Shown here: in pieces, positions 1-13,836 of the stretch | How positions within the stretch are numbered: the first letter of the stretch is position 1 | Layout of the letters: every line of letters begins with the position of its first letter | Assembly (NCBI RefSeq): GCF_001949145.1 | Contig: NW_019091362.1 | Span: forward strand, 2,487,838 to 2,551,837 | Direction of reading: 5' to 3' | Length of the DNA: 64,000 nt | From: Acanthaster planci | Lineage: Eukaryota | Program-made: the position numbers and the translations under genes | Notes under the pieces: model-generated | What the model was told of the DNA's origin: nothing | Databases searched by the model: none | Seen by the model: only the letters and a program-made list of their open reading frames with translations

Positions 1-2268
1 GACCACACCAACTGAGACCACTGCCTGTATGCATGGATGATCGATGACATCAGTCTCCTAATCCCACCACCCCTTGTCAAGGTAAACTCTAGGGCACTGG
101 CACCCTCCACGGGCCATCACACACAAACCCATTCAGCCCAAAACAGTACCCAACCACTGAACCAGGTGACCCCTATTTGCAAGGACTTCAATCAAGGAGT
201 CAAATTAGACTCCCAAACAAAAAAAAAGGCTTTGGTTGTGGGGAGTGAAGAATGCAGGTTCCATCCCCCCCATCCATCATCTCTACCCCTCTTTGTGATC
301 ACTGGGATCCTCTCTATTCACCCAAAGCTCTTTGGCTCACAGAGAGAAGATTGTGGCTTGTACACTGAGGTAAGCAAGCAATCAGGGACCGAGTCATGGA
401 TAATGCATAAGCATTCTGATTAGGTAGAAACCAGCGGGACAGTTTGGAGAGGAAAGATCTGTGGATCAAGTTTCTGGTACTGTCTGTCAGTTGTGATTTT
501 TAATGCTGACATTTGTGCCAAAAAGTGGTAAATTAGTTCACGTAACTTTGGTGTGAATTGTTGGAAAGATACTATAGAGGAAGGATATACCCAGTGGGTT
601 TGACAAATTTGGTAAGTCATTAAATGCATTCATGATGACAGGCCCTGACAAAAAATTTATAGTTACAGATGTGTTAAGTCTTCCAGAAAGACACTGACAT
701 GCTTCACTAGGCAAGCAGTAAGTCCAAAGTCCAACTGTAAACAGTAACAAAGCTTGTGCCAATTCATCTCTTTCCTTCAGTCTGCAGGTGATTTCCTTTG
801 AACAAAGTACGATATATTAAATCAGTGTCAAGGGCCAGTTACAAATGTCAAACTATTTCCCCAATAAATGACACTTTGCACACGCGACTCCATTTATCAC
901 CAATTCTGCAAATGCTCCAGTCCTACCTACCCTCCTCTCTCTAATTTAAATTATTATGACAATGACCTCTGCCCTCCCATCTTTCACCGGTCTCCTGGGG
1001 AAGCTTACCACCTTCACCTTTGGTAGCAACCGCCACATTCTGTTTATGCAACCATTTCAGAAACCAACCAATAAAGTGCCAAGGATTTTACATGTTTTTC
1101 TTCAGAGGCTATTCCTGTGTAAGTGCTGGAAACACACTGCGCAAGAAATACCACAAAATTCAGAATTTCCTTTTGGAATAATGTCAAATGATGGAGGGCT
1201 TGGCTTACAACAAGTAATATGAATTTTCAAGAAAATGCTCTTGTAACTTCGCAGATGTCACAACGATATTTAATGAATTGGTCTCCTCTTTTTTCTTTAA
1301 AGAAATTGAGGTGTTTTCTTTGTAATATTTAACCCAATTATGTAGAGGAAACATTGCATCTTTTATTGTGATTTCATATGCAAGAATCTGGCAGTTTTCA
1401 ACTTATCTGATGACTGTCTGACTTTTTACCAAGGTTATCAGAGAAATTATTATTGTTTCAAAAGTTTCAAGGTGTTTGAAAAAAGTAAATTAAATAAACA
1501 ATTGCACTGATTTGTTGACAAACAATTTTGGTGTGTAAGATCAATTAGCCCTTAGAATTTTCAGTAACCTCTGGTAACCCTGTGACCTTTAAATGCCCTG
1601 GTAATTTCAGAAGCCCTTCACCTGACCAAGGGAACAGTTCACAGATTGTAGCGTGTAGTACTGGGGACGGTGACATCAATGAAGTGCCGGTCACCGTTCT
1701 GTTGGAATCCGATGGAATTCAACTGCATTGTACAATAAAGACTTTTTGTTCAAGGTTTTGCTCAATGGCATTGAAGAGGAAATTCAATGTGCCTGGAATA
1801 CAATCAGAAAACAGCCTCTCACTTTCTACATTCATTACCTTTCTTTATCAAATTACCAGGCACATCCATCTCTTTTCAAGGGCAAACTCTGAGAGGAATC
1901 ACTAACCACTTGCAGACACATCTAATTGAAAAATGTACAATGCAAGAATGTTCCTTAATATTTCCAAGGAATTTTTCAACAATTAGGTAGATGCATCTGC
2001 CTAGGGATCTTCTACAATAAGAGGAAGTTCTGAAATATACTAGTAAACATTCAAACAAAAATGCAGAAAAGTTTACTTGTCAATATGACAAAACGCCATT
2101 AAAAATAACTTATGCTATCCATAAATGCTAGTATACAAGACACAAGAATACCCTGTTTCTATATAAATACATCAGTTACCCTCGGCTCTTCAAGCCAAAG
2201 AAAAGCAGGATTTCAGCCTCTGAAACCTGTGTAATGTATACAAAATTGCTTAAGGTCTTCCAAACTTG

Positions 2269-2505
2269 CAGGAGTGGATCCAGAGGGCAGCGCCCTCACA
2301 CCAACCCCCCCCCCTTAGCTTTGGAGAGAGAGATACCCTTTCCTCCTCTACTTTCACTTTTGCTCTCAACTGATTATTTAAGAATTTAAAGATAGAAATT
2401 ATCTCTAACTATATACCACACTGGTATGTTCACCAACATTTGGGATGTTCCCCCCATTCATAAATGCTGCCCCTCCCCCTTTTCTAAATACTGCATCCTT
2501 CACCG
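2269..2505. mobile_element. Degenerate MITE of the CAGGGGCGGATCCAG...CTGGATCCGCCCCTG type
   Basis: Left caggagtggatccagaggg, right ctgcatccttcaccg, with poly-C tracts near both ends. No clean TSD. Confidence 0.45.
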
Positions 2506-5059
2506 TTGGTATAGTGCGATTACGAATTCCTCCGCTTCTGCGCCTCACACCATAAAATAATGAAGGTTACGGCTCTTCTTACCCCTATTTCTTTCACGTA
2601 TGAATGTCATAACCTGCCCTTAATTCCTCCTACAACCTGCGTAATGTGCACTGCAATGTCCGTGGACTTCCAAACAGGAATTCTGGGTCAGTCATAAAAA
2701 AAAATTTAGTCTGTCATCAAATCTGCATCTGAAATAGTCATTTGGTAACTTAGAATTTTACGAAAAAAGTAAAATGTAGATCTGCAGTCCATGATTTGGG
2801 CAAAGTATGATTCTAACAGAAGGGGTCAACATGTTTAAACACTATATGTAACTGGCTGGGCATTTTGCCAAAGACTGCACAAGAAGATGGCTCGTGAAAG
2901 TAAAAACCTTTCCGAAACAAGATCAAGTCCAAAATGACAAACAAGAATGTTAGTCTGAATGGCCTTAATAACCCGAGGAGTTAGTGTGGACGCACCAACA
3001 GGGTATTTGCCGAGGAAATTGCACACGAGACAAAGACACGAAAAATTGATCAAGAGATCATTGCTGGGTCCAAGCAGGGAAGGGTGAATGTCACTTCGAG
3101 CTCCTGCAATCTTTTACTGCACATGTATGCAGAAATAATTGGGATTGCATATATGACACAGGAATTCAGGCCTATCTGAGTTATTCACCTCTGTCCAATC
3201 TGCAAGAGAAAACTCACAACAAAACCTGACAAACAAAACCAGCTGAGCAAATAATCGATGATGATGAAGTTTCACCAGAAATGAACACATTGTTGTCATC
3301 TGCTGACGTCAGCGTGTAAAATTACCAGAAAAATTTGTGGACAAAATTCTTCCTCAGCAAAAAAAGTATACCCCAATCAAAATAAGCTGGTAAGATAATT
3401 TGGGAATGAAATACATGATTGAAAACTTTACATTAAAAACTAAGGACTCCTTGAAGTTATCAAACTACAGCTTGTGGCAAATACACCTGTTAAACTGATC
3501 ACATCAGATGCTCCTAACAGACCGACAATTATTTCCATCCCTAACATTAACATAAAAAAGTTCAACCGCAATTCCAATAAATTGGCAAAGTACATAGGCT
3601 GGGCAACTACAAAAATTGTTTTCCCAGATATCTCCTGTCCTTCTATGCTCAGTCAAGAAAAACGAGTCTTTTGAAGTACTGCATTTGCCATAAATGTGAA
3701 GGCATCGTGACGTCATGCTCAAGCTAGACTTTAATATTTCAACCAAAGCAACACTGTTCTTGACCGATGCCCTGTGATTTTTTTTTTCTAAATTGCTGTG
3801 CAGGGAGAACATCTGACAACCTGTGGAGCAAGGCGACTACCACATCGACTGCGAAGTTATCAGTAGAGCAATATGTTTGTGAATGTGGTTGGGGGGGCAC
3901 TGTAGGTCTAGGCATAAACATCACATGATACGCAACATTAACAGCAGAGGCAGACAGGTCCTAAGCAGTCACTGCCCCACTGCCAGTGGAATATTAATAT
4001 AACACCCTCTTCCTTTGTATCGTGGTAGAGGATTGAAACCATGTATTGCAATACTGAAGAAAAAAAAGAAAGGTGCAAAACTAAAACTAACTTGTAATTA
4101 AACTTTGTCTTTAATGCAAAATTGGTCTCACTGGATGTTAATGTATCACAATGTATAAAATCCTGTGTATTGATTTGTCTTTGAGTTTTTCTTAATGTTT
4201 TTAAAAACCTCTCTTGAAAAATTAACAAGTATTTATTATATTCTGATTGTTCAAGTGGTTTCACGATTTGGATCAACACTACTAAGCACACTTTAATTTT
4301 GAAAGGCGTTAAAAAAAACAGCAGGTTATGTCTTTGTGTACATTTTTGTTTGCAGGTTGGGCCAAAATTCCTTTACTATTTCTAATAACAGCAACCTGTC
4401 TTTCCTCTTCTAATCTGGTTATCTGGGCAGCCTGGAAGAAACTCATAAGCGGGAGTTTATTAATAACAACATCAAGGCTACGTCCCGCTGACTTGCTCAC
4501 GCTACCTGATGTTGTTGATGCTCAAGGGGACTGATGAAGTTGCCCGGGATAATTACATGGACAGAGATGGATAATTTCATTGAATGCTTAGGGCAAGTGG
4601 GCAAGTGGGTGGTGGTGGGATTAACATTTTTGGAAGTCATGAAGAGTCTTTACTTACTGACACGCCTTCCACTGGGAAAATAAAACAATAACCTGGTATA
4701 TGCAGGACTTTATGGTAAACATGCTGACAGGTTGTAAACTGATCTCTTAATTAAGATAACAATAATGATTGTCAGGTAAGCATTTCTGACAACCACCCTG
4801 TGAGGTTTCAAGTACAAGTATCTTGGTTAATAGTTTTTACCTAAAATGTCAACATTTGCTCAATGATTTTTTTTTTCAAAATGTTTAATAGGATTTTGAG
4901 GTCAAACGAAACAGGACAGAGGTTTTTTTTTGGAATTGTTAAAATGTCATGTCAGACTCAGTATAAACCAGCCAACTAATTCACCAATGGTCGGTTGCAT
5001 GTTTGGCACAGTACCGCACTGCTCAGTTGACTTCCACCAGCCAGCTTACCCAGGAAAGC

Positions 5060-5180
5060 TTTGGTGGTCAAGTAATAAGATGTCGGTATTAGTAAGCGTA
5101 AGGTCCTGGGCTTGAGTCTCATCCAAGTAAAACCTGTGAATTGTTCACAAGCCTTTGGAAAACACTAAGCACATTGTGTT
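5060..5180 (+). mobile_element. Possible decayed tRNA-derived SINE head
   Basis: ggtggtcaagtaataag (A-box-like) and ggtcctgggcttgagtctc (B-box-like) at tRNA-like spacing. Highly degenerate. Confidence 0.35.
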
Positions 5181-7414
5181 TGAAAATGGACAGTGAAGGG
5201 CAAAAATAACCAATGGAAAATCAATGCAAGTGTGGTGAAGACATCATTGGAGTAAAAGTCCTGTATCTTTTTTTCCCCAAGCTCTCAGAAATGATTGCAA
5301 TGCTTTAAACATTACACAGGATTAAGGCAACACCTTCTGTTAGGAGAAAGAAAATTGGGCTCTATGTTGGATAATGTGAAGAGCCATTAATCAGTGGTGA
5401 GACTGGATGCAAATGACATATCCACAACATAATCACCAGAGGTTTGGCGGGCACAACAGCGGTGTAGCATTTATGGTACACATTTTTGTTTGCCTAATAA
5501 AGGCACTCCTTCAAATCGCCATTTCCTGTGTTCTCTACCAACTTTCATGCATTGAAAAACCTTAATGGTAATCTTGGGATTTTCTAGAGTTTTATAAGAA
5601 ACTGTTGGAAAAAATTTTGAAATCAGGAAAACCCTGACAAATCTCAACCCTGATTCATTAATGTTATTCTGAACCATCACACTCATTACTATCAGGTTCA
5701 CTCATTATGACCAAAAGTCTGACCTCTTGCACTGCATGATGAAAAGCATGAAGGCTGCCACTGGCCTCTGTATCGAGAACTATGTGGACTTTAATGTTTA
5801 AAAAGTCTATTCGCAAGTTTTTCCTTCCCTGTCTTCCTTTGACAGAATGTAAACAACGTGCATGCCTTTCAGAGGCAATCCACGCTGGTTAGATGGCTAT
5901 CTGAAAATATTAACACTGAGCTCTGTGCTCAATCACTGCCATGGTTTGAAATCCTTGTAAGACAAGACAGGGACATTTGCAGCTTTCATGAGCTTGATGG
6001 GTGTGTGCACAGCTTTCCTTGCACACTCTATGTCAACATACATTGCGGGAAAGTTATCAAAGGAGGTATAACACTCACGTAATGGATGTCTTCGTGTGTA
6101 TACTTTGAAAATTTGATTAATTTAAGGGTAGCAACCAATTTTGGGGAATCTTGTTAGTTTTTCATTTGTGACAAAAATCTGGGTTTGCCGTATGATATTT
6201 AATTTCGAAAAGTTTCTTTCTCGAAGGTTCACCAGGAGTTTAATCAAAATGATTAAATGAAATCATAATTTCTGATCATAATGTATTTATGTGTCAAGAA
6301 TTTCTTACCCCATTTTCCATTTTAGGTTTTTTCCTTTAAAAACATCTAAATGACATTCACAACAAATGAATCTGCATGCAAAGCTTACATATGAAACACA
6401 CAAGCAATGCAGCAGACAAAGGCCTGTAAATGACTTGAACCATATTCTTCCTGAAACACATACATGTACATGGATGAACATGCCCCCATTACATTCACAA
6501 ACCAAACAATTTCTAGGCTGTACTGGATAAGAACACAGGTTTCAACCTATACACATATATAGCAATCAAAAGAAATGCAATAAGTGCAGCTGTCAGCCTC
6601 AACTTCCCGAGCCTCCATCCGTCAAAACAATTATTCAATTAAGCATTCTCTTAGCCAGACGTCTAATTGTTGCTTGTAGAGTGAGCAGGCATGATTGCTT
6701 TTGTAATAATGGCTAGCACTTTGGAGGCCACACAGGGATTCTGGATCAAAATCCCTGCTGCCAAAAAGTCATTAGTGGTTTATTTAAAGGTGACCACTGA
6801 ATTTATGTTGGGGGGGTGATAGATGGAGAAGTAAGGGGAGGCCCAAACCCAAAAAAAGATTAATTTGATAGGATCGTGTCTTTTTACTGTCAACTTTTAA
6901 CCCAAAACAAACAGTTGGATTTTTAAGAAGCAGAGGTTCAGGATGACTGAAAGGTATGAAACAAAAATGACTCAGGTAAGGTTTGCTCGTAGAAGGTTTG
7001 TACCCATAGTGACCACAATCTGGTCAAGTCTTTGAGGATTTGAATCACTTACGTCACATAATTGGGTGGTGTTGAAGGCAGGGAAGGGCCTGAGTACATG
7101 TAGCAGAGCTGGGTAAGTGACCCCATTCTTAAAAAATGGAACTGTGCCCTCCAGAAGCTTAACTTCTGAAGCTATATACATGTACAAACATGTACATGTA
7201 CCAGTGGTCAGTGCAGTATGATATGTTCTATACAAGTAAGCTCTTTTTGGCCAAAATCTGGGAGAATATCGACTATTCTGATTCAATTAATATCAGGAAA
7301 GAAGGGCAAGGCACTGCATAATAATGATTTAATTTACACGATTACATAATATACCTGATTACGAGGTGCATGTTTACATGCACAGAGAGGTGTTCGTGGC
7401 ACTCATTACTGCAC

Positions 7415-7665
7415 TGCGCATGCGCAAGATTTGTACTTAACAATGGCATAGCAACAGGCTACGTCTGATTTCGCACGCTCTGATTGCAAAATGATTGATT
7501 GCTTAACTCTTAGAGTCAGGAATTGTGTTTGTGTGTTTACATGTGTATGTGTGACATGTACATGTACATGTTTATGCACATGTGCTGGAGTGGACGCAAC
7601 GACTTCGATGTCTCGGTACTGCACTGATCAGAGGCCACAGCAGTGGAAGTGATGAACAGGAAGTG
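7415..7665. promoter_or_regulatory. Candidate intronic regulatory element: NRF1-type palindrome plus two ETS cores
   Basis: Perfect TGCGCATGCGCA at 7415-7426; GGAAGTG at 7645-7651 and CAGGAAGTG at 7657-7665; locally raised CpG. Confidence 0.35.
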
Positions 7666-9164
7666 TCATTAATTTAGCGATTCTACCATATGAAATGGTA
7701 TCAGTACTACTGATATCGATACAATCTAACAAAAAACATCATCCTTGTGTTGGACATACTCTTTTGGTAATAAAAACGGATACAAAATGGTTTTGAATTT
7801 TCTTGCACAGTGGGATCAATACAATTTCGGGGTGATTCAAAATTACCTGATTATCAAAAATTTTATCTGGTAGATTGAGGGGAAAAAAAGTCTGAAATCA
7901 ATGCATTAAGGGTGAATCTTTAATTTGGAGCTAGATTTTTGTCTCAGAAAACCTTATTTTCTATTAAACATCAGTTGATGAAATTAGTGCACAATTTTGC
8001 AATTTCAATTCTTGTCGTTGTTAGAAAAGGTCTATAAAATCCACTTTTTTATACTGTTGTGAGATTTACTGTAATTAGAAATCTTACTAATGGAGGGAAA
8101 TTGTGTGCTGTTTGTGGTGTCGTGTTTAGATCCTCCCAAAATTTATTTATGCTTCTACACTTTGTGTGCCTCGAACAAGGATGAAAGTGCTTACGCCCCT
8201 TTGCCAGGAAGCATGATCACTGCAAACAAAAATTTTCCCGTCAAAAGGACGTATGTATGCAACTGCTTTAATTTAATGAAATATAAGGATTTCTTTGCAA
8301 ACAAAAATTGTTTTATAATTCCTAAGTTGTTTACTAATTTGTTCAAAGGTTACTTTTTGTACAGCCTGTGTTGATTTTGTAGTCAATTTTATCCCCTTTT
8401 ACTCAATAAATAGAGTGTGTTTCATACGACATTTTGCATTTTTTCTGCTGTGATCATGCTTTCCGGCAAAAGACATAAGCGTGTTTACGACCTCTGCCGG
8501 CCACACAACGACTTTGGTATTTTACAAGGTCGCTGATGAAAAATTCCATGCTATAACGTCGTCTGCTAGCACGAAAAACCATTGTTGTCTGCTTAAAAAT
8601 GAAGTGCGCATGCATGCTGGTAATGAACGTTGTCTCTATGGGGCATGAACATGTATGTGGCAAGGCTGGGAGCCATTTGGACTAAGCAAACTTTTGTGTT
8701 TGATTAGAAGTATGGTCCTACAGTTTTATATATATATATGATAAACTTAACTCCAGCAGTCAGCAGTGGGTCCTTCAGTCATCACAAGGTATTTCCTGTC
8801 TTGAACCAAAAACGGTCTAGACAACTTATACAAAGATTGATTTAAAACTTGATTTGAATAAAAAACAAATGATTTAAATTGTAAAAATCAGATTTTGTAT
8901 ATTTCTTTTCTATCATGGTTTTTATCAATCCTGATTTCTGGAATCTGCCGGGCTACAAATTACGATGGACCTTCTCACCACAAAAACATTCCAGGAGGCC
9001 TCTACCACTGATGCCTTTTAAAAAAATTGGAGTGTTTTCGACAAGATGCTTAATTTACAACACTTTGTAGAGATGGCAAGGTTATTGCACAGCAGGCTTG
9101 ACTGGTGAAATCCATCAAACAGTTTGTCACTGTTTCTCCTTGAAGAAAATTACCACAGAGCAGA

Positions 9165-9530
9165 TAAATTGGGTTAGGCTTGCAGTTGCACCATGCACAT
9201 GAAAATATCTCTTTTATCAGTGTGTGGTTCTGAGAAGAACCGATGGTGAATACTCGACGTTCCAAACAGTATGCTCTGTTCATCTTCAGGAGGGTGACAG
9301 TCACCCTCCTGAAGACGGACAGAGCATACTGTTCGGATCGTCCAGTGTTCACCATCGGTTCTCCAGTGACCCTCCTGAAGACGGACAAAGCATACTGTTT
9401 GCCCTCCTGAAGACGGACAGAGCATACTGTTCGGAACGTCAAGTGTTCACCATCGGTTCTTCTCAGAACCACGCACTCATAAAGAGATTCTTCCTTGTAC
9501 ATGGTGCAACCGCAAGCCGAACCTAATTTA
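9165..9530. mobile_element. Palindromic (fold-back) element with Penelope-type hammerhead-like units
   Basis: The 134-bp left arm (9165-9298) is the imperfect reverse complement of the right arm (9300-9530) around a single central base (9299). The right arm carries about 97 bp of internal tandem duplication of ccctcCTGAAGAcggacagagcatactgttcg. Confidence 0.7.
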
Positions 9531-11228
9531 GTACTTCCACCATGTATAGCTTCAAGTCTTATCAATGAGCAGATACTTCGAGTTGGAGCTTTTTTTATAG
9601 TACGATGACGATGTTCAGTATTTATGACTTACTTTCTTGTCACAGCGTATCATACAATTTTTCTGCAGTTCTTTTTTTTTTTATAATTAGTCCGACAGAA
9701 TTCATTTTCAATTTCACGTTTGCGCCAACATACTATATTTACAGTTTGCTGCTGGATAGATTACTTTGAAAGCTAATATGCCGTGAACATTTTAAAGCGG
9801 GATTAAGTCCGCATGAGGTACAAGGCGGCAAGACGAGAAATTACTCGGGTGTTGACGGAAGGTGGCAATCGGCTTGAGTCGCTTGACGCTTTGTGCTTGA
9901 CTTGCTATCGGCTCACTTGTAAGAGTGTTCACAGTCCCCAGACCCAAGAAAAAACAAACATCATCACCTCTCCTGAATTTCCCCAAATGCTGGACCGGTC
10001 CGCCTTCAATGAAAAGCGAACGCCCCCGTGAATTTTAAGATATGGTTGTCAGCACTGTCACTGTCATTTCACCGGGAGCAAATAAACATAAAGTATTTAT
10101 TTTTCCAACAACACAAGATTACAATGTCCCAAATCAATACTTCAAACAACCTGCCAAGTGTATAACAGAGATCGCAGAGGCTCCAGTCAAAACATATTCG
10201 AGTTGAAGCGCTCGATGAATTTGAAGTTCACTCTTTCAGCCATCTTACCAAATCACAACATACTACTTTAATCAAACATGCAATGGTCAAGATCCCTTTT
10301 GTATTTTGCACAGGTGGATTTTTTTCAGTTGATTTAAAGTATGGGGGGTGACAGCAATATAGAGATTTGTGCACTTACCACACACAATTATCAGGTTCAT
10401 TTCTGCTTACCTTCCAAGAGCAATAAAAGCCTCCTTGAATTATTTGTCTCTCTTCCAACCTGTGCAATGGCCCAAGTGGCGCCAGGTTCCATTTCATGTG
10501 CCATTTGCTAATTTAATGAAGCGAGGCTGAGTTTATGTAAATAGAGCTGAGTACAGTGCAAGGCATACCCATCCATTTATACAGTCAACAAATTCGGTTG
10601 CTATGGCTCAACACCCCAGCCAGATCCCACTGGTTTGGCCCTAGTTGGTTTGGCAATTCAAGAAAAGAATCCAAGACAAGTTCTCCAGTGACCATGCAAA
10701 AAGAAAAAAAAAAGAAAAAAAGGGAGTAAAGTCTCTTTCCTTAACATCAACACACCTTCCTCTCATTACTACCAAAAATGAAAAGAGTGCAGAAATTACA
10801 GGGTCACTACACTACAGCTCTGGACAACAGATTTACTCCAGCTTAATTTCTTCTTCCTTCTTTTTGTTCTTCATAACTTTGAGGTCAAGTGGATTTATGA
10901 CAGAAGGAACTGGGCTCAAGATCAGCTTCATGGCTGGAATTCCTTCGCATGCCTGTGTATTTATAGAAAATCCAGGATGCATTCTGATAGCATTTCTGGA
11001 GATATCTTAGTCTTTACCTTGTTTTTGTCAAGAGATATTAACTGGTACCATCTGACAGGAGAGATAAAAGGGACCTCTGACTGCCAATAAAAAAATTAAT
11101 TCAGTTTTCATATCTCGTAAGATAACTTCATACATCTGTGGGAGGACAAACTTGGTTGTAATGAGTGGGAAAGTCAAGCTTTTAATTCAATTCACACACT
11201 GCCTTCAAGACACTAACTTCCTTTTGTT

Positions 11229-11314
11229 AACTAGTTTCCCTGTTTTTTAACTCTTATGCTCACTGGTACCAAACTAATTTCCATGTTTTTCAACCCTTAT
11301 GCTCACTGGTATCC
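11229..11314. repeat. Imperfect 43-bp tandem duplication
   Basis: aactagtttccctgttttttaactcttatgctcactggtacca followed by aactaatttccatgtttttcaacccttatgctcactggtatcc. Confidence 0.8.
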
Positions 11315-13836
11315 ATCTTTTTCAACCAATGTAAGGTACGAAAGATGTCTACCTCCAACATTTTTCTCCGGTGCATCCTAAAGCAAATTTAAAAGCAAAC
11401 AAGTGATGGAGTCCAAAACAGACAAACACAACAATTTGTCCACTCTCACTTTTCAGTCGATTGGTGTTAGCTGCCCTATTAAACTCGAGTTTACCCTTTA
11501 CCACTCCATTTTAAGCTTGTACCATGAAATTCCAGCATCCTATTTGTACTCAATGCACTGCTTGAAACACTTGGGAATTACTGTAGTTCACCACCAAAAA
11601 AAGGCTGCAGCAAGGAAGGTAAATCCACACATGCCAATCACGATCCATTATACCGTAACGAAATGAAGACTGAAACATGTGACCAGCCTCCTACAATTAA
11701 AGAGTAAAGCGGCAAGCTCTCAATCCTCTTTTCTTCCAAAAACTGACCCCTTGACCTGTTACCCGCAGAATTCTACAAATCTAAGTATGAGACCACTGCA
11801 AATTATTGAGAGAGTTATGATGCCACTGGTAATTACCCGAGGATCATATCTTACAAGCTCTACGCATGGTATACAAACTGGTCTTAGGCAGTTTTCTGCA
11901 CAGCTCCATCAATTCCATCGATACTGAGAGGTCTACTCACTGCACAGTGCCACTTCAGTCGAGCGTTTGGTCAAGGAAGCTTCACTTTTTGTATCAAAAG
12001 ATATTTATCTGTCTGAAACAATGGGTCCTTTTTACAACATGCAAAAAAGAATCCATCCACAATGCCATCGCAAACTAACACTTAAATGCCTGTCACTTCC
12101 CAAGTGTCCAGTGAATTCAAGCTCACACACTTTCCCATAGCACTTTGACGATAGAGAACGCTTGAACCCAAGGCCATAAAAATCACAATATCTGCTATCA
12201 GTGATGTCAGAATTGGTAATGAAAAGCTTGGTAAGATTTAATATGGTCTGAATTAAAACCCACCCATCCTTAAAAAAAAAAATCGGCCCTCCAAGGTAGA
12301 CAAGACATTTCATGGACAAAAATGATAATGTATCAAGAGAAAACATGACTCAGCAATCATACCTACTTATTTTGACTTTAAAAATCACTATACCACGGAG
12401 TCCTATCAATTGTATTTGACAAAACCAACACTGAAACTCAATGAAATGCTCACCATCACAAAATCATCCTGACAATCAAAAACTCCAGTCCTGAGTAACC
12501 AGTAAACATCCGCAGGAAGGAAAATTCCCATCACTGGCCGATCCACATGAAGGGAATTTGAGCAATTGAAAGTGCACTGGTGTCATGTTCACAATAGGTA
12601 GGTTGCTGCTTTTCAGAAATTCACTTCCAATTTAATTCCTTCCTTTTTTTCTTTTAAATCCCACGACCAGATATCACTCCACCGGCTGTGATGATGAGAA
12701 TTGTGAAATTTGAAGTCTGCAATCACAGCATGCCTGGCGCTCAGCACTAATGACACCCTGCCAGTGCTCTGATTGGGACTGAACCATTCCAATCACAGGG
12801 GTTATACTGTCAGCCACTTGAGCTGGTCATTCAACTGTTCTGATGTGTATGCATTACCACAGACCAAAGAATAGACAGATCAACACCCACCTCACAACGA
12901 ATGGAAGGGTCAAGAAAAAAATCTTATTACAATGACCTCCAAGATGGATTTTCATGTTGAATTGCCAAAAACTCATTTCATATGACTACTGCTATTGCAG
13001 GAATTATTTCGTTATTTTCAATTTCAATAATTTTTTGGGGGGCAATTACCTTAAAATTACAATCTACATATAAAATGGCATGTTCCAAAACACTCATGAA
13101 ATGCAAGGTTTTCCTTTCTATGAAAAATTTTGTGATTATTTTCTTTCGGCCTTACTTTTATAACATATAGAAATATCATAAAGAAATCAAATTAAAACAG
13201 AAAGACTTGAAACCCCTCAGTACATCTGTAAGAAAGTTTCCTATATCAACTAAATTCTAACCAAAAAATCAAAGCCAATGTGTGTCAATTTAAAGTGGTG
13301 ATGCTGCTGCAAAATCCAGGATAAGGAATTGGTTAATGTTATATAGCAGTCAAGCTTGTGCGACCTCCAATAAACATGTTGACTACCAAATAGGTTAAAG
13401 GTCACAGTCCACTCTGGCGGTCAGCAACCCTAGCCATGGAATACCTGTGGTCAAGCATGGACCATTTGGTCCAGCATGTCAGAGAACTCCACTGGACTAC
13501 AGGTACCATTATGTCCTGATTTGAGATATACATGTTCACCAGGGTTCAATCGTGGTTAAATCTTGGTTCATTTAGACAGCTAGGAGGTCACTTACACCAC
13601 AATAAACACACAGGTCTTTCATACTGAGGTTGCTGTGATAATTAGCAGCATGATGCTTGATTAGAGACTGTGTTCCTGGTCATGGTACAGTGATTCCTGG
13701 AAGTGTTCATTAACTTAGCTTAAATAAATGGATAAAAGGGAAGGCAGGGAAAATATAACTTCTAAAGTTCATCTGAACTCTTGGTATCTTTGGAAGAAGC
13801 TTACTTTGAAACTGTCTGCTGAGAAACAATTTCAAA

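Noticed and set aside
9300..9440. CRISPR-like repeat-spacer array
   Set aside because: Only three direct units with irregular spacing, the spacers are themselves duplicated arm sequence, the context is a eukaryotic intron, and no cas genes are present.
9050..9565. 171-aa, 83-aa and 100-aa ORFs with internal repeats
   Set aside because: By-products of the palindromic, tandemly duplicated element; both strands give similar peptides and none resembles a known protein.
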